From Planctomycetota bacterium (lineage in GTDB: Bacteria > Planctomycetota > PLA2 > JAEUHO01), in NCBI GenBank assembly GCA_028281445.1, contig JANQJW010000007.1, forward strand, positions 92,694-156,693: 64,000 nt of DNA. Direction: 5' to 3'. Below, one piece after another: positions 35,080 to 44,033 of the stretch (the stretch's first letter is position 1; every line of letters starts with the position of its first letter). A program made the translations under genes and the position numbers. Under the pieces are notes generated by a model that had not been told where the DNA came from, made no database searches, and saw only the letters and a list, made by a program, of their open reading frames with translations.

Positions 35080-37461
35080 TCAATGGCCTTTTAGCTCCTT
35101 GGGCATGTTGCCGTCTTTCAGCTTGATGTTGAGGACCTCAATCGTGTTCGGGTGGACGCGCAGGTCCTGGATCCACCACTGCGGCGGTCCGGGCACGTCC
35201 TTGTGCACGATCCGGACCGTGTAGAGGCCCGCAGGCAGCTGGGCCTGCAGTGCGCCGTGGGATCCCGTCTTGTGCGTGACGGACACCGGCTTCCCGGGCA
35301 CGCGCCCGCCGCGCCGTTCCCAGAACCACACCTTGACGCCCCCGACGCGACGGTTCCAGGCATCGGTCAGCAAGACACGCACTGTGCCCGCGCGCTCGAT
35401 CTCGAAGTCCTGCCGCGTGTACTGGCTCGTTGGATGCATCACGAACTCGCGCGTGCCATAGCCACGCGCCGACACACGGATGTTGACCTTCTTGTTGACC
35501 GGGATGTTGCGTAGCTCGAAGTCGCCGGCGCTGTCCGTCCGGCGGTACTGCGCCGACCACGGCTCCGCGACCTCGACCTTGATGCCGCGCAGCGGCTGCT
35601 TGCGCCCATCCACGACGCGGCCCTTCAACGGATTGGCCGCTTCAAAGGCCAGGAGGCCCAGGTCGCGCGTCTCTTCCGAGGCCCACGGCGAGCGCTCGAG
35701 GTGCAGGATCGGGGGGAGTCCCTTGGTCTTGAACACGTACATCGGCGGGGGCGAGAACGCTGCCGGCCCGCGCCGCAGGAAGCCCTTCTCCTTGTCGAGC
35801 CACAGCTCGCCATAGTCGGTCTTGCGGCCCGGCACGACGCTCGCGTAGACGGTCGAGCCCTTGGGTAAGTCCGGGAACCGGCCCTTGACGCGCGTGCCGT
35901 CGAAGAGCGTGATCTCCATGCGTGGGCTACCCGGCGCGACGCTGTCGACATGCTTGCGCTCGTAGGACCACTTCGTCGTCGGGACGTCGTAGGCGACGAC
36001 ACCCAGGATGCCGCTCGGTCGCGTGAGCCCGTCGATGCGGAAGTCGCCCTTCGTGTCGGTCTTCACCCGCACGAACTCGGTCTTGTCGTACGAACGCCAC
36101 GACACCTTTGCCATCCAGATCGCCTCGCCGCGCTTGTTGCGGACCGTGCCGAGGATCTGCTTGCCGCGAGGGATCCGGATGTCGAGCTTCTCGACGTGCG
36201 CCGCACGGAGCTCGACCTTCTCGCGGTGAGACGGCGCGTTGCGGCGACTCGCCTCTACGACGTAGTGCCCCGGCGTCATCCCCTTGAACGACCAGTGCCC
36301 GATGCCGACGCTGTCTCTCGGGTAGATCGGGAAGACGTGCCGGCCGCTGCGTAGGGTGATCTCGATGCCGCTGAAGGGCTCCCCGCGCAAGTCCGCGACG
36401 CGCACCTCCAGCTCGGACGTCTTCGAGAGGTGAATCGTGGCCTCGGCCTTCTCCGTCGTCATCGCGTAGGTCGGCATGCTCCATGCGTAGTGCCGGTCGG
36501 TAGGCAGCGCGATGGCCTGCAGCAGCGTCTGCAGCGGTACCGCCTTGAACGCGCAGCGGCCCTCGGCGTCCGTGCGCCCGCGCGGTGTGCGGGCGTCGAG
36601 CATCTCGAGCGTTTCGTCCTTCGGCTCCCACGCACCCCGGTGGATACCCGGCGGCGTGCCCGGCGGCAGGAGCTGCACCTCCACGTTGGGTACCGGCTTG
36701 TCCTTCTCGTTGAGGACGACGACTTCGAGCTCCGCGCCTTCTCCGATGGTGAGTTCGTAGTCCTCGCGCGGTCGCTCGAAGTTCTCGCGCTTGCGCAAGG
36801 GGACGTAGCCCTCGACCTGTGCGATCAGCGTGAGGGGGTGGTTCGGTCGGACGCCATGGATTTCGAAGCGCCCCTCTTCGTCCGTGACAGGCGAGGCGAT
36901 CTCGAATCCGAGGTCCTCGTCGAACGTGTGGATCACCCCGCCTTGCAGCGGCTTCGTCGTACGAAAGTCGAACAAGCGCCCCTTGATGGTGATGCCCGGC
37001 TGGAGGGCGACCTCGTTGTCGCGTCGCGACGTCGCCAGACCGCGGTGGGGCACGAAACCCGCCTTGCCCGCGCGGAACACGAACTCGCGCTCGTCGACCT
37101 CCACCTCCAAGACGCCGTCGTCCTCGGTCTCGCCCAGGGACACGCCTTCATCGGTCGCGATCTCGACGCCGCCCAACGGCGCCGCTGTCTCGGTGGAGAC
37201 CACGGCGAATCGGAAGCGCCAGGGCCCCGTCTCGACGGGGACCGTCGCGGCCTGGTCCTCTACGGCTTCCCCGCCGCGCGGCGCGGGGCCGGACTCCAGC
37301 GTCGGCGCGCTGCGCCGGGCTGCTTCCGCTTCCTCACGCTCCAGCGCGTCGATGCCGCCGCCCGCTGAGAGGTCGTCGTCCGCGGTCGGGTCGCCTGCGA
37401 GGAGCAGCCAGAGCGCGGCTGCGGCAAGCAGGACTCCAGCGCCGATCCACGCGCGTGTCAA
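35080..37461 (-). CDS. Carboxypeptidase-regulatory-like repeat protein with N-terminal anchor
   Basis: TTG start after GGAGAG; hydrophobic N-terminus; repeated G.V.D...PL.G / TD..G.F units. Start uncertain. Confidence 0.8.
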   Translation of the reverse strand: MTRAWIGAGVLLAAAALWLLLAGDPTADDDLSAGGGIDALEREEAEAARRSAPTLESGPAPRGGEAVEDQAATVPVETGPWRFRFAVVSTETAAPLGGVEIATDEGVSLGETEDDGVLEVEVDEREFVFRAGKAGFVPHRGLATSRRDNEVALQPGITIKGRLFDFRTTKPLQGGVIHTFDEDLGFEIASPVTDEEGRFEIHGVRPNHPLTLIAQVEGYVPLRKRENFERPREDYELTIGEGAELEVVVLNEKDKPVPNVEVQLLPPGTPPGIHRGAWEPKDETLEMLDARTPRGRTDAEGRCAFKAVPLQTLLQAIALPTDRHYAWSMPTYAMTTEKAEATIHLSKTSELEVRVADLRGEPFSGIEITLRSGRHVFPIYPRDSVGIGHWSFKGMTPGHYVVEASRRNAPSHREKVELRAAHVEKLDIRIPRGKQILGTVRNKRGEAIWMAKVSWRSYDKTEFVRVKTDTKGDFRIDGLTRPSGILGVVAYDVPTTKWSYERKHVDSVAPGSPRMEITLFDGTRVKGRFPDLPKGSTVYASVVPGRKTDYGELWLDKEKGFLRRGPAAFSPPPMYVFKTKGLPPILHLERSPWASEETRDLGLLAFEAANPLKGRVVDGRKQPLRGIKVEVAEPWSAQYRRTDSAGDFELRNIPVNKKVNIRVSARGYGTREFVMHPTSQYTRQDFEIERAGTVRVLLTDAWNRRVGGVKVWFWERRGGRVPGKPVSVTHKTGSHGALQAQLPAGLYTVRIVHKDVPGPPQWWIQDLRVHPNTIEVLNIKLKDGNMPKELKGH

Positions 37462-37549
37462 AACAGCTGCACTCTCCGAGTTCCTCCGGGCTCCCTGTTC
37501 AGACGCCGCGGAGTATACGATTCCTCCCCTTGAACCCCTGGAGGTCGAG

Positions 37550-38365
37550 ATGTCGACACGCACGATCCTGGTGATTCTCCTCGTCGCAACGGCGGCAACG
37601 CTCTGGGGCCTGCGCGCCGGTGAAGCCCGCGACGCGAACGCCATCGTCACGAAGACGGTCGCGTACAAGCACGATTACGTCGAGCTGGAGGGCTTCCTCG
37701 CATACGACCCGAACGCCAAGGGCAAGCGCCCCGGCGTTCTGGTGATCCACGAGTGGTGGGGCCTGGGGGAGCATCCCAAGGCACGCGCGAAGAAGCTCGC
37801 CGAGCTTGGCTACGTGGCCTTCTGCGCCGACATGTACGGCAAGGGCAAGTTGACGACGGACATCCCGACGGCCCAGAAGTGGTCGGGGGCGTTCTACAAG
37901 GACCGCGCGGGGCACGGGCGGGCTCGCATCAAGGCGGGCTACGACGTACTCGCCGGCCACGAGCTCGTCGATCCCGCGCGCATCGGCGCGATGGGATTCT
38001 GCTACGGCGGCACGGTCGCGCTCGAAGTCGCCTGGTCCGGTCTGCCGGTCAAGGCCGTCGTCAGCTTCCACGGCAGCCTCACGACACCCGGCGAGGCAGA
38101 CCTGGCAAACGTCAAGAGCAGCATTCTGGTTTGCCACGGGGCGGACGACGCGTTCGTTCCCGAAGACCAGGTGTCAGCGTTCGTCGAGAGCATGAAGAAG
38201 AACGACCACGACTGGGTACTGGTGAACTACGGGAACGCGGTCCACTCCTTCACGCACAAGGGGGCGGGCGAGCGCGGCATCAACGGCGTCAAGTACAACG
38301 CGGAGGCCGACGCACGTTCCTGGGCGCACATGAAGGCCTTCTTCGCGGAGTGTCTGGCTCCCTAA
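37550..38365 (+). CDS. Dienelactone hydrolase family protein (exported)
   Basis: GGAGG RBS; signal peptide; HEWWGL, GFCYGG nucleophile, HGADD, AVHSF. Confidence 0.93.
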   Translation: MSTRTILVILLVATAATLWGLRAGEARDANAIVTKTVAYKHDYVELEGFLAYDPNAKGKRPGVLVIHEWWGLGEHPKARAKKLAELGYVAFCADMYGKGKLTTDIPTAQKWSGAFYKDRAGHGRARIKAGYDVLAGHELVDPARIGAMGFCYGGTVALEVAWSGLPVKAVVSFHGSLTTPGEADLANVKSSILVCHGADDAFVPEDQVSAFVESMKKNDHDWVLVNYGNAVHSFTHKGAGERGINGVKYNAEADARSWAHMKAFFAECLAP

Positions 38366-38413
38366 CGCTGTCCCCGCGCCGCTTGAAGATGGGCCCCCGA
38401 CCGGGAGGCCCAG

Positions 38414-39463
38414 ATGCCGCAGTGGCTGGACGACATCCTCGCAACCCTGCGAGGCCTGAGCTGGTACGAGATCCTCGGCATCTACGTCGTCGTCGCGTTC
38501 CTCGTGATGTTCGTCATCGTCCGTGGCTTCCTGTTCCTGACCCGCAAGACGAAGACGGACCTGGACGACCGGGCCGTCGCCGCGGTTCGCCGGCCGGTCT
38601 TCCTCACGGTTCTCTTCATCGGCATCAACGAGGCCATGGAGGCCTACAGCACGCCGCCCGAGACCATCCTGCTCTGGTCACGGATCATGACGACCGTCGC
38701 GATCGTCCTCTGGATGAGCGCGCTCATGAAGATCGGCGATGCGCTCCTGGAGGCGCTCGCCCGGCGCGTCGACGACTTCCAGTGGATCAACATGCGCTCG
38801 CTGCCGCTTTTCGAGATCACGGCGAAGCTGCTGCTGATCGGCGGTGCGATCTACTGGATCATGGTGACCTGGGACAAGGACCTGACCGGTTGGCTGGCGT
38901 CGGCCGGCGTGCTCGGGATCGCAATCGGCTTCGCCGCGAAGGACACGCTCGCCAACCTCTTTGCCGGCATCTTCATCCTGGCCGACGCGCCGTACAAGCT
39001 CGGCGACTACATCGTGCTGGGCTCCGGCGAGCGCGGTGAAGTGACCGACATCGGCATTCGCTCGACGCGCATTCGTACACGCGATGACATCGAAATCACG
39101 CTGCCAAACGGCGTGATGGCGAACAGCAAGATCATCAACGAGTCCGGCGGTCCGCATCTGAAGCGGCGTGTGCGCATCAACGTGGGCGTGGCCTACGGAT
39201 CAGACATCGACAAGGTGCGCGCCGCCCTGCTCGAGGTCGCGGAGGAGAGCGAGCTCTTTGCCAACCACCCGCAGCCCAGCGTCCGCTTTCGCAGCTTCGG
39301 CGACTCCGCACTCGACTTCCAGCTGCGGGGCTGGATCGAGAAGCCAGTGCTGCACGGCCGCGCAGTCGATCAGCTCAACACGATGATCTACAAGCGCTTC
39401 AACGCCGACGGCATCGAGATCCCGTTCCCGCAGCGGGATGTGCACGTGCACGGCACCCTGTAG
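38414..39463 (+). CDS. Small-conductance mechanosensitive channel (MscS family)
   Basis: GIAIGFAAKDTLANLFAG, GEVTDIGIRST, GVAYGSD, GIEIPFPQRDVH. Confidence 0.93.
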   Translation: MPQWLDDILATLRGLSWYEILGIYVVVAFLVMFVIVRGFLFLTRKTKTDLDDRAVAAVRRPVFLTVLFIGINEAMEAYSTPPETILLWSRIMTTVAIVLWMSALMKIGDALLEALARRVDDFQWINMRSLPLFEITAKLLLIGGAIYWIMVTWDKDLTGWLASAGVLGIAIGFAAKDTLANLFAGIFILADAPYKLGDYIVLGSGERGEVTDIGIRSTRIRTRDDIEITLPNGVMANSKIINESGGPHLKRRVRINVGVAYGSDIDKVRAALLEVAEESELFANHPQPSVRFRSFGDSALDFQLRGWIEKPVLHGRAVDQLNTMIYKRFNADGIEIPFPQRDVHVHGTL

Positions 39464-39638
39464 GGGCGACCCTTGTGGTCGCCCCACGCCGCGCTCGGCG
39501 AATCACAGGGCTCCCTGTCCGGGCAGCCCTTGTGGCTGCCCCGCAGCGTGCAGTCGCGGGCGGGCACAAGGCCCGCCCTTACAGCGACACACCACAGTGA
39601 TGAACCCCTGATGGGGCGACCACAAGGGTCGCCCCTAC
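39460..39638. repeat. Composite GTAG-type REP element (four palindromes, REPIN/BIME-like), copy 1
   Basis: GTAGGGGCGACCCTTGTGGTCGCCCC at 39460-39485, variants at 39517-39542 and 39558-39582, exact inverted copy at 39613-39638. Confidence 0.9.
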
Positions 39639-39656
39639 GCGCGCTGACCTTGCGGG

Positions 39657-41261
39657 TCACCGCTTCCGCGGCGGCTTCGTGACCACACGACTCTCGCCGC
39701 CCGTGACCGTCGCGACCTGACGCATGAACTTCTTGATCTCCGCCAGGTCCCGTTTGGGTTGGCCCGTCTTGTCGAGCTCTTCAAGCGTAAGCGCCACCGT
39801 GTGGATCACGACGCGGCGGTAGCGATTCCAGATATTGACGCTCGCGAGGATCGCCTCGGGGACGATGGGGGTGCCGTCCGTCGCCAGGCCGTCGGTGAGA
39901 AGGAAGATCGTGTCGATCCGGGGGTTCTCCCGAAACGCCTTCTCGAGCGCGGCATGCATGTACGTACCGCCCCGCGGCGCTTCGAAGTTCTTCGACACCC
40001 ACTGGAGCGCCTGATCGACGCTCTCACCCGTCGCCTCCGTCTCGCCCTTGCGCCAGGCCTTTACCTTGTCGGAGAACACGATCAGGTTGAACAGCGGCGG
40101 CGGGCCGAGGCGCTCCGGCCCGCTCTTTCGAGGCGGCAACCGCTTCAGCACGCGCGTGAGCTCGTCGCGGGCGACCACGATGCGCGTGTCGTCCTGGCCC
40201 CACGGGAACGCCATCGAGCCCGAGAGGTCGACGATGAACAGAAGGCGGTCGGAGTTGACGCCGACGCCGTAGTACGTCGCCACGCTGCTTGACCCCTTCG
40301 GCAGCGCGACCTCGGCGCTGCGGTTGTTCCACCAGTTGATCCAGTCCTCGGGATCGAAGCCGATGTCCTTCCCGCTGATCGAGCGCAACACCTCGTGGGC
40401 GACGGCGCGCGTGCGCGTGTTGGGCTCCACGAGAAGCGCCGCCACCTCGGGCACCATCTCGGCGAGCTTGGCCAGCCCGATGCCCTGTGCGGCGGCCTGA
40501 CGCACGACCTGTTCGTCGTCATTGAGCAGCTTCGTGAGCGTGGGGGCGATGTTGACCTCGTCGAACGGCTTCTGGCGGGCAAGGACATCGGCGCATGCGA
40601 GGCGAATGCGCCAGTCTGCGTGTCCAGCGGCTCGCAGGATGTACGGGCGCACCCGCTGGCCGCCGATGCTGCCCAGCGCGCGCACGGCCGCGTACGCGAT
40701 GGCGACATGCTTCTTGTGTGGAGCGTACCGGGCGTACACATCGCGCACGCGTTGGACGGCGCGTGCGTCGCCGTGGACGTACTGCGCGCTCAGCGCGGCT
40801 TCGACCGTGCTGCGCCGGCCCTCGAGCGCCTCGGTGGCAAGCCACGTGAGTGCGCTTTTGTCCTCGATCTGCGCGTACGACTCGCCCAGCACCTCGACGA
40901 GCACGTCGGTCGGCCGGCGCCCCACGATGGTGCCCAGCTTCTTGGCGCACTTCGTGTCGAGCTGCGGACCGACGGAGATGATGGCGACGACCTGGTCGTC
41001 GATGAGCTTGGCCTTGTCGGCGATGCGGACGAGCAGGTCGCGCGACGCCGGGCAGCGGACGTTGCCGAGGTCGCGGATCGCCTGCATGCGCTTGGAGAAC
41101 GAGCTGAAGTCGCGGAACTTCAGAAGCGATTCGTATTGCGTGCGCAGCGCTTCGACTTGCGCGGCAAGCGCGCGGTTCTCACCGCTCCATGCGGTGCCGC
41201 GCACGCAGGCGAACAGACTGAGAACGACCAAGCAGACGGTGGTCGCAACGGCCTTCAACAA
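39657..41261 (-). CDS. HEAT-repeat + von Willebrand factor A domain protein
   Basis: Signal/TM N-terminus; HEAT repeats (DWRIRLAC, VVRQAAA); MIDAS DLSGSM, GGT, LLTDG. Confidence 0.88.
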   Translation of the reverse strand: MLKAVATTVCLVVLSLFACVRGTAWSGENRALAAQVEALRTQYESLLKFRDFSSFSKRMQAIRDLGNVRCPASRDLLVRIADKAKLIDDQVVAIISVGPQLDTKCAKKLGTIVGRRPTDVLVEVLGESYAQIEDKSALTWLATEALEGRRSTVEAALSAQYVHGDARAVQRVRDVYARYAPHKKHVAIAYAAVRALGSIGGQRVRPYILRAAGHADWRIRLACADVLARQKPFDEVNIAPTLTKLLNDDEQVVRQAAAQGIGLAKLAEMVPEVAALLVEPNTRTRAVAHEVLRSISGKDIGFDPEDWINWWNNRSAEVALPKGSSSVATYYGVGVNSDRLLFIVDLSGSMAFPWGQDDTRIVVARDELTRVLKRLPPRKSGPERLGPPPLFNLIVFSDKVKAWRKGETEATGESVDQALQWVSKNFEAPRGGTYMHAALEKAFRENPRIDTIFLLTDGLATDGTPIVPEAILASVNIWNRYRRVVIHTVALTLEELDKTGQPKRDLAEIKKFMRQVATVTGGESRVVTKPPRKR

Positions 41262-41389
41262 CGACTCCCGACCGACGGATCATACGAAGCGGTCGGAGCG
41301 CGCGACGGGAAACGGCCGTAGACGCGAACGGCTTGCGGTCGTTTACTCGTGCGTGACATCTCCCCTCCCGCCATTGGGACCATGACACC

Positions 41390-43168
41390 ATGCGCCGCGG
41401 CCTGGTCCTCGTGTTGTCTTCCGTCCTGCTCCTCGCAGGCGGTATCGCCTTTGCCGCCATCGGCGTACGCGCGCTGGAGCTGGAGCGTGAGGACAGTAGG
41501 CGTGAAGCCCGCGAGCGCGTGCGCCACATCCTCTCGCGCGCGGCCCAGGATGCGCAGCGGCTCGCGCTCTTGCCTACCGGTCCCCCGGAGAAGGCCTGGC
41601 GCCTCGAGATCGCGACCGCCGAGGGGTCGGGCGAGATGCCCTCGGTCGATGACCGCATCAAGATCGACACGGCGAAGTCCGCCGCACGCGCCGGCCGCGC
41701 GGGAGCGGAGACTGCCTACAAGCTCTACAGCCGCCTCGCGAAGTCCGCCGGGCAGCGCTGGTTCCGCCAGGTTGCTGCCCTCAACGCCGGCCGCATCGGC
41801 CTCGCGCTCGGCAACGACGAGATGGCGCGCGTGTTCCTCGAGCAAGCGAGCCAGGCGATCCCGCTGCTCACGTGGGAAGGCGAGCAGGTCCGGCTCGTCG
41901 CGCTGAAGCTGCTTGCGGAGGACGGCCTGCGCCGCGGGAGTACGCGCGAGACATCGACGTTCCTCGACGAGGTGCAGGACGGCAGCCGCCTGGTGCGCGG
42001 CAACGTGCGCGGTCCCGATGCGCTCCTGCTCGAGCTCGCCGACGACGTCGACGCCGGCAAGCTCGACATCCACCCCGCTGTGGGGCGTCGGCTCGCCAAG
42101 GCCGCGGCGTACGCGCGCCTGGGGCTCCGCGCTGTCGAGGCGCTTCCGCGCGGCGGTGCGGTGCTGCTCGACGAACTCGTTGCCTTGCGCCGCGGCGACA
42201 TCGTCCAGATGCGCCATCCCTCCAGCCTCGTCGAGTGGTTCGAAGACGAGGTCGTCGCCTACGTCCCGCCGGCCGGTGCGATGCTGATGCCCTATACGAC
42301 GAAGCTGGCCTCTCCGCTGGAGGGCGTCGTCCTCGAGGTGCGCTCGGTGCCGAACCCCTCCTTCCGCAAGGCGCCCCTCGTCGCGCTGGTCGGAGGGCTG
42401 ACGGTGTACAGCCTGGGGGCCCTCCTGGCACTCGTGGCCGTGCAACGCCGCCGCCGGGCGGCTCGGATGCAGTCGGAGTTCGTGGCCGCGGTCTCCCATG
42501 AACTCAAGACGCCGATCGCCTCTGTGCGCGCCATGGCCGAGTTCATGGCTGACGAGGCGGGAACGGACCCCCAGCGCGCGCGCGAGTACGCCGGCCGCAT
42601 CGAGGCGGAGATGCGCCGCCTCGGCACGACGGTCCGCAACGTGCTGGACGCGTCGCAAGTCGAGCGCCAGGGGGTGCTGCCCGTGGTGTTGGAGCAGGGC
42701 GACCCGGCACCGGTCGTCCAGGAGGCCGCCGACGCGTTCCGCCCCGACCTCGAGATGCGCGGCTTCGCGTTCGTGTGCGAGGTCGAACCCGCTACGACAC
42801 CGCTTTCCTTCGATCGCGATGCCCTACGCGGTGTCCTGGTCAACCTGCTGGACAACGCGGCGAAGTTCTCGCCGGAGGTTCGTGACATTCGGATGGAGGC
42901 GGGCCCCGTGGAGGGCGACGAGGCCGCCTACGGCATCACAGTTTTCGATCGTGGGATCGGGATCGACCCTCGGAAGCAAGACAGACTGTTCGGACGTTTC
43001 TACCGGGGGGCGGAGGCCCGCAAGGGAGCCGCGCCCGGAGTCGGCCTGGGTCTGCACGTCGCGCGCAGCGTCATCGAGGCGCACCAGGGCCGGATCTGGG
43101 CGGAGGTGCGACCGGGCGGGGGGGCCGTCTTCCGGATCGAGTTGAGGGAGCCGGCCGCGAGCGAGTGA
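41390..43168 (+). CDS. Membrane sensor histidine kinase
   Basis: Two TM segments; H-box VSHELKTP, N-box NLLDNAAKFS, DRGIGI, GVGLGL. Confidence 0.93.
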   Translation: MRRGLVLVLSSVLLLAGGIAFAAIGVRALELEREDSRREARERVRHILSRAAQDAQRLALLPTGPPEKAWRLEIATAEGSGEMPSVDDRIKIDTAKSAARAGRAGAETAYKLYSRLAKSAGQRWFRQVAALNAGRIGLALGNDEMARVFLEQASQAIPLLTWEGEQVRLVALKLLAEDGLRRGSTRETSTFLDEVQDGSRLVRGNVRGPDALLLELADDVDAGKLDIHPAVGRRLAKAAAYARLGLRAVEALPRGGAVLLDELVALRRGDIVQMRHPSSLVEWFEDEVVAYVPPAGAMLMPYTTKLASPLEGVVLEVRSVPNPSFRKAPLVALVGGLTVYSLGALLALVAVQRRRRAARMQSEFVAAVSHELKTPIASVRAMAEFMADEAGTDPQRAREYAGRIEAEMRRLGTTVRNVLDASQVERQGVLPVVLEQGDPAPVVQEAADAFRPDLEMRGFAFVCEVEPATTPLSFDRDALRGVLVNLLDNAAKFSPEVRDIRMEAGPVEGDEAAYGITVFDRGIGIDPRKQDRLFGRFYRGAEARKGAAPGVGLGLHVARSVIEAHQGRIWAEVRPGGGAVFRIELREPAASE

Positions 43169-43200
43169 GCCCGGGACGTTGGTGGGGAGGCCAGCCGGAC

Positions 43201-43887
43201 GTGAGTGCGGAACGTATTCTGGTCGTCGAGGACGACGAGAGCCTCGGCACCGTCCTCGTCGACGCGTTGCGAAGGGACGGGTTCGACGCGCTGCTGGAGC
43301 GCGACGGCCGTGCGGCGCTGCAGCGTGCGCTGAGCGAGAGCTTCGAGCTCATCATCCTCGACTTGATGCTGCCCCGGATGGACGGCTACGAGATCTGCCG
43401 GCGTCTGCGGGGCTCCGACCGGGAGACGCCGGTCCTCATGCTGACGGCCCGCGGTCGCGAGGAGGACCGCGTGCGCGGTCTCGACATCGGTGCGGACGAC
43501 TACGTCGTCAAGCCGTTCTCCCTGAAGGAGCTGATGGCGCGCGTGCGTGCCCGTCTGCGCTCGCGCCATCCGGACGCGCCGAAGACCGTGCGCCTCGGCG
43601 AGGCGGAGATCGACCTCGGTGCGATGCGGGTCCATCGGTCCGGAAAGACCGTGCCCCTGACCAAGCTCGAAGCGGGCGTCCTCAAGCTCTTCCTCGCCCA
43701 TCCGGGGGAGGTGTTGAGCCGGGGCCGCTTCCTGGACGAGGTGTGGGGCTACGACCGCCATCCCACGACGCGTACGGTGGACATGCACGTCGCCCGCATC
43801 CGCGACAAGATCGGTGACGCGGGCTCCACGCCGCGCTTCATCCAGACGGTGCATGGCGTGGGCTATCGGTACGAGCCGGAGCCGTAG
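43201..43887 (+). CDS. OmpR/PhoB family response regulator
   Basis: VVEDD, LDLMLP, MLTA, GADDYVVKPF, TRTVDMHV, TVHGVGYR; GGAGG RBS before GTG. Confidence 0.95.
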   Translation: MSAERILVVEDDESLGTVLVDALRRDGFDALLERDGRAALQRALSESFELIILDLMLPRMDGYEICRRLRGSDRETPVLMLTARGREEDRVRGLDIGADDYVVKPFSLKELMARVRARLRSRHPDAPKTVRLGEAEIDLGAMRVHRSGKTVPLTKLEAGVLKLFLAHPGEVLSRGRFLDEVWGYDRHPTTRTVDMHVARIRDKIGDAGSTPRFIQTVHGVGYRYEPEP

Positions 43888-43984
43888 GCGACCGCTCGTA
43901 GCCACTACCACCACGACCTCTACCACGACCACCGGAGCACCAGCGCTCGTCCCCGTGGGAGTGTTGGGTGCCGTCGTGATGGTG

Positions 43985-44017
43985 GAAAACGGCCCGCCGA
44001 CACGGCGGGCCGTTTTC
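43985..44017. terminator. Intrinsic (possibly bidirectional) terminator-like hairpin
   Basis: Perfect 15-bp inverted repeat GAAAACGGCCCGCCG-aca-CGGCGGGCCGTTTTC with A/T-rich stem ends. Confidence 0.75.
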
Positions 44018-44033
44018 TGTAGGATCCCCGGCC

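Noticed and set aside
39460..39638. CRISPR array (repeats with ~31-nt spacers)
   Set aside because: The units are non-identical and in inverted orientation, spacers are homologous between loci, and no cas genes are present. This fits REP/REPIN instead.
43814..43990. Thr-rich attenuator leader peptide (TTTTTSTTTT)
   Set aside because: There is no short ORF with its own start and stop around the Thr codons, and the downstream gene is not a Thr/Ile biosynthesis gene.
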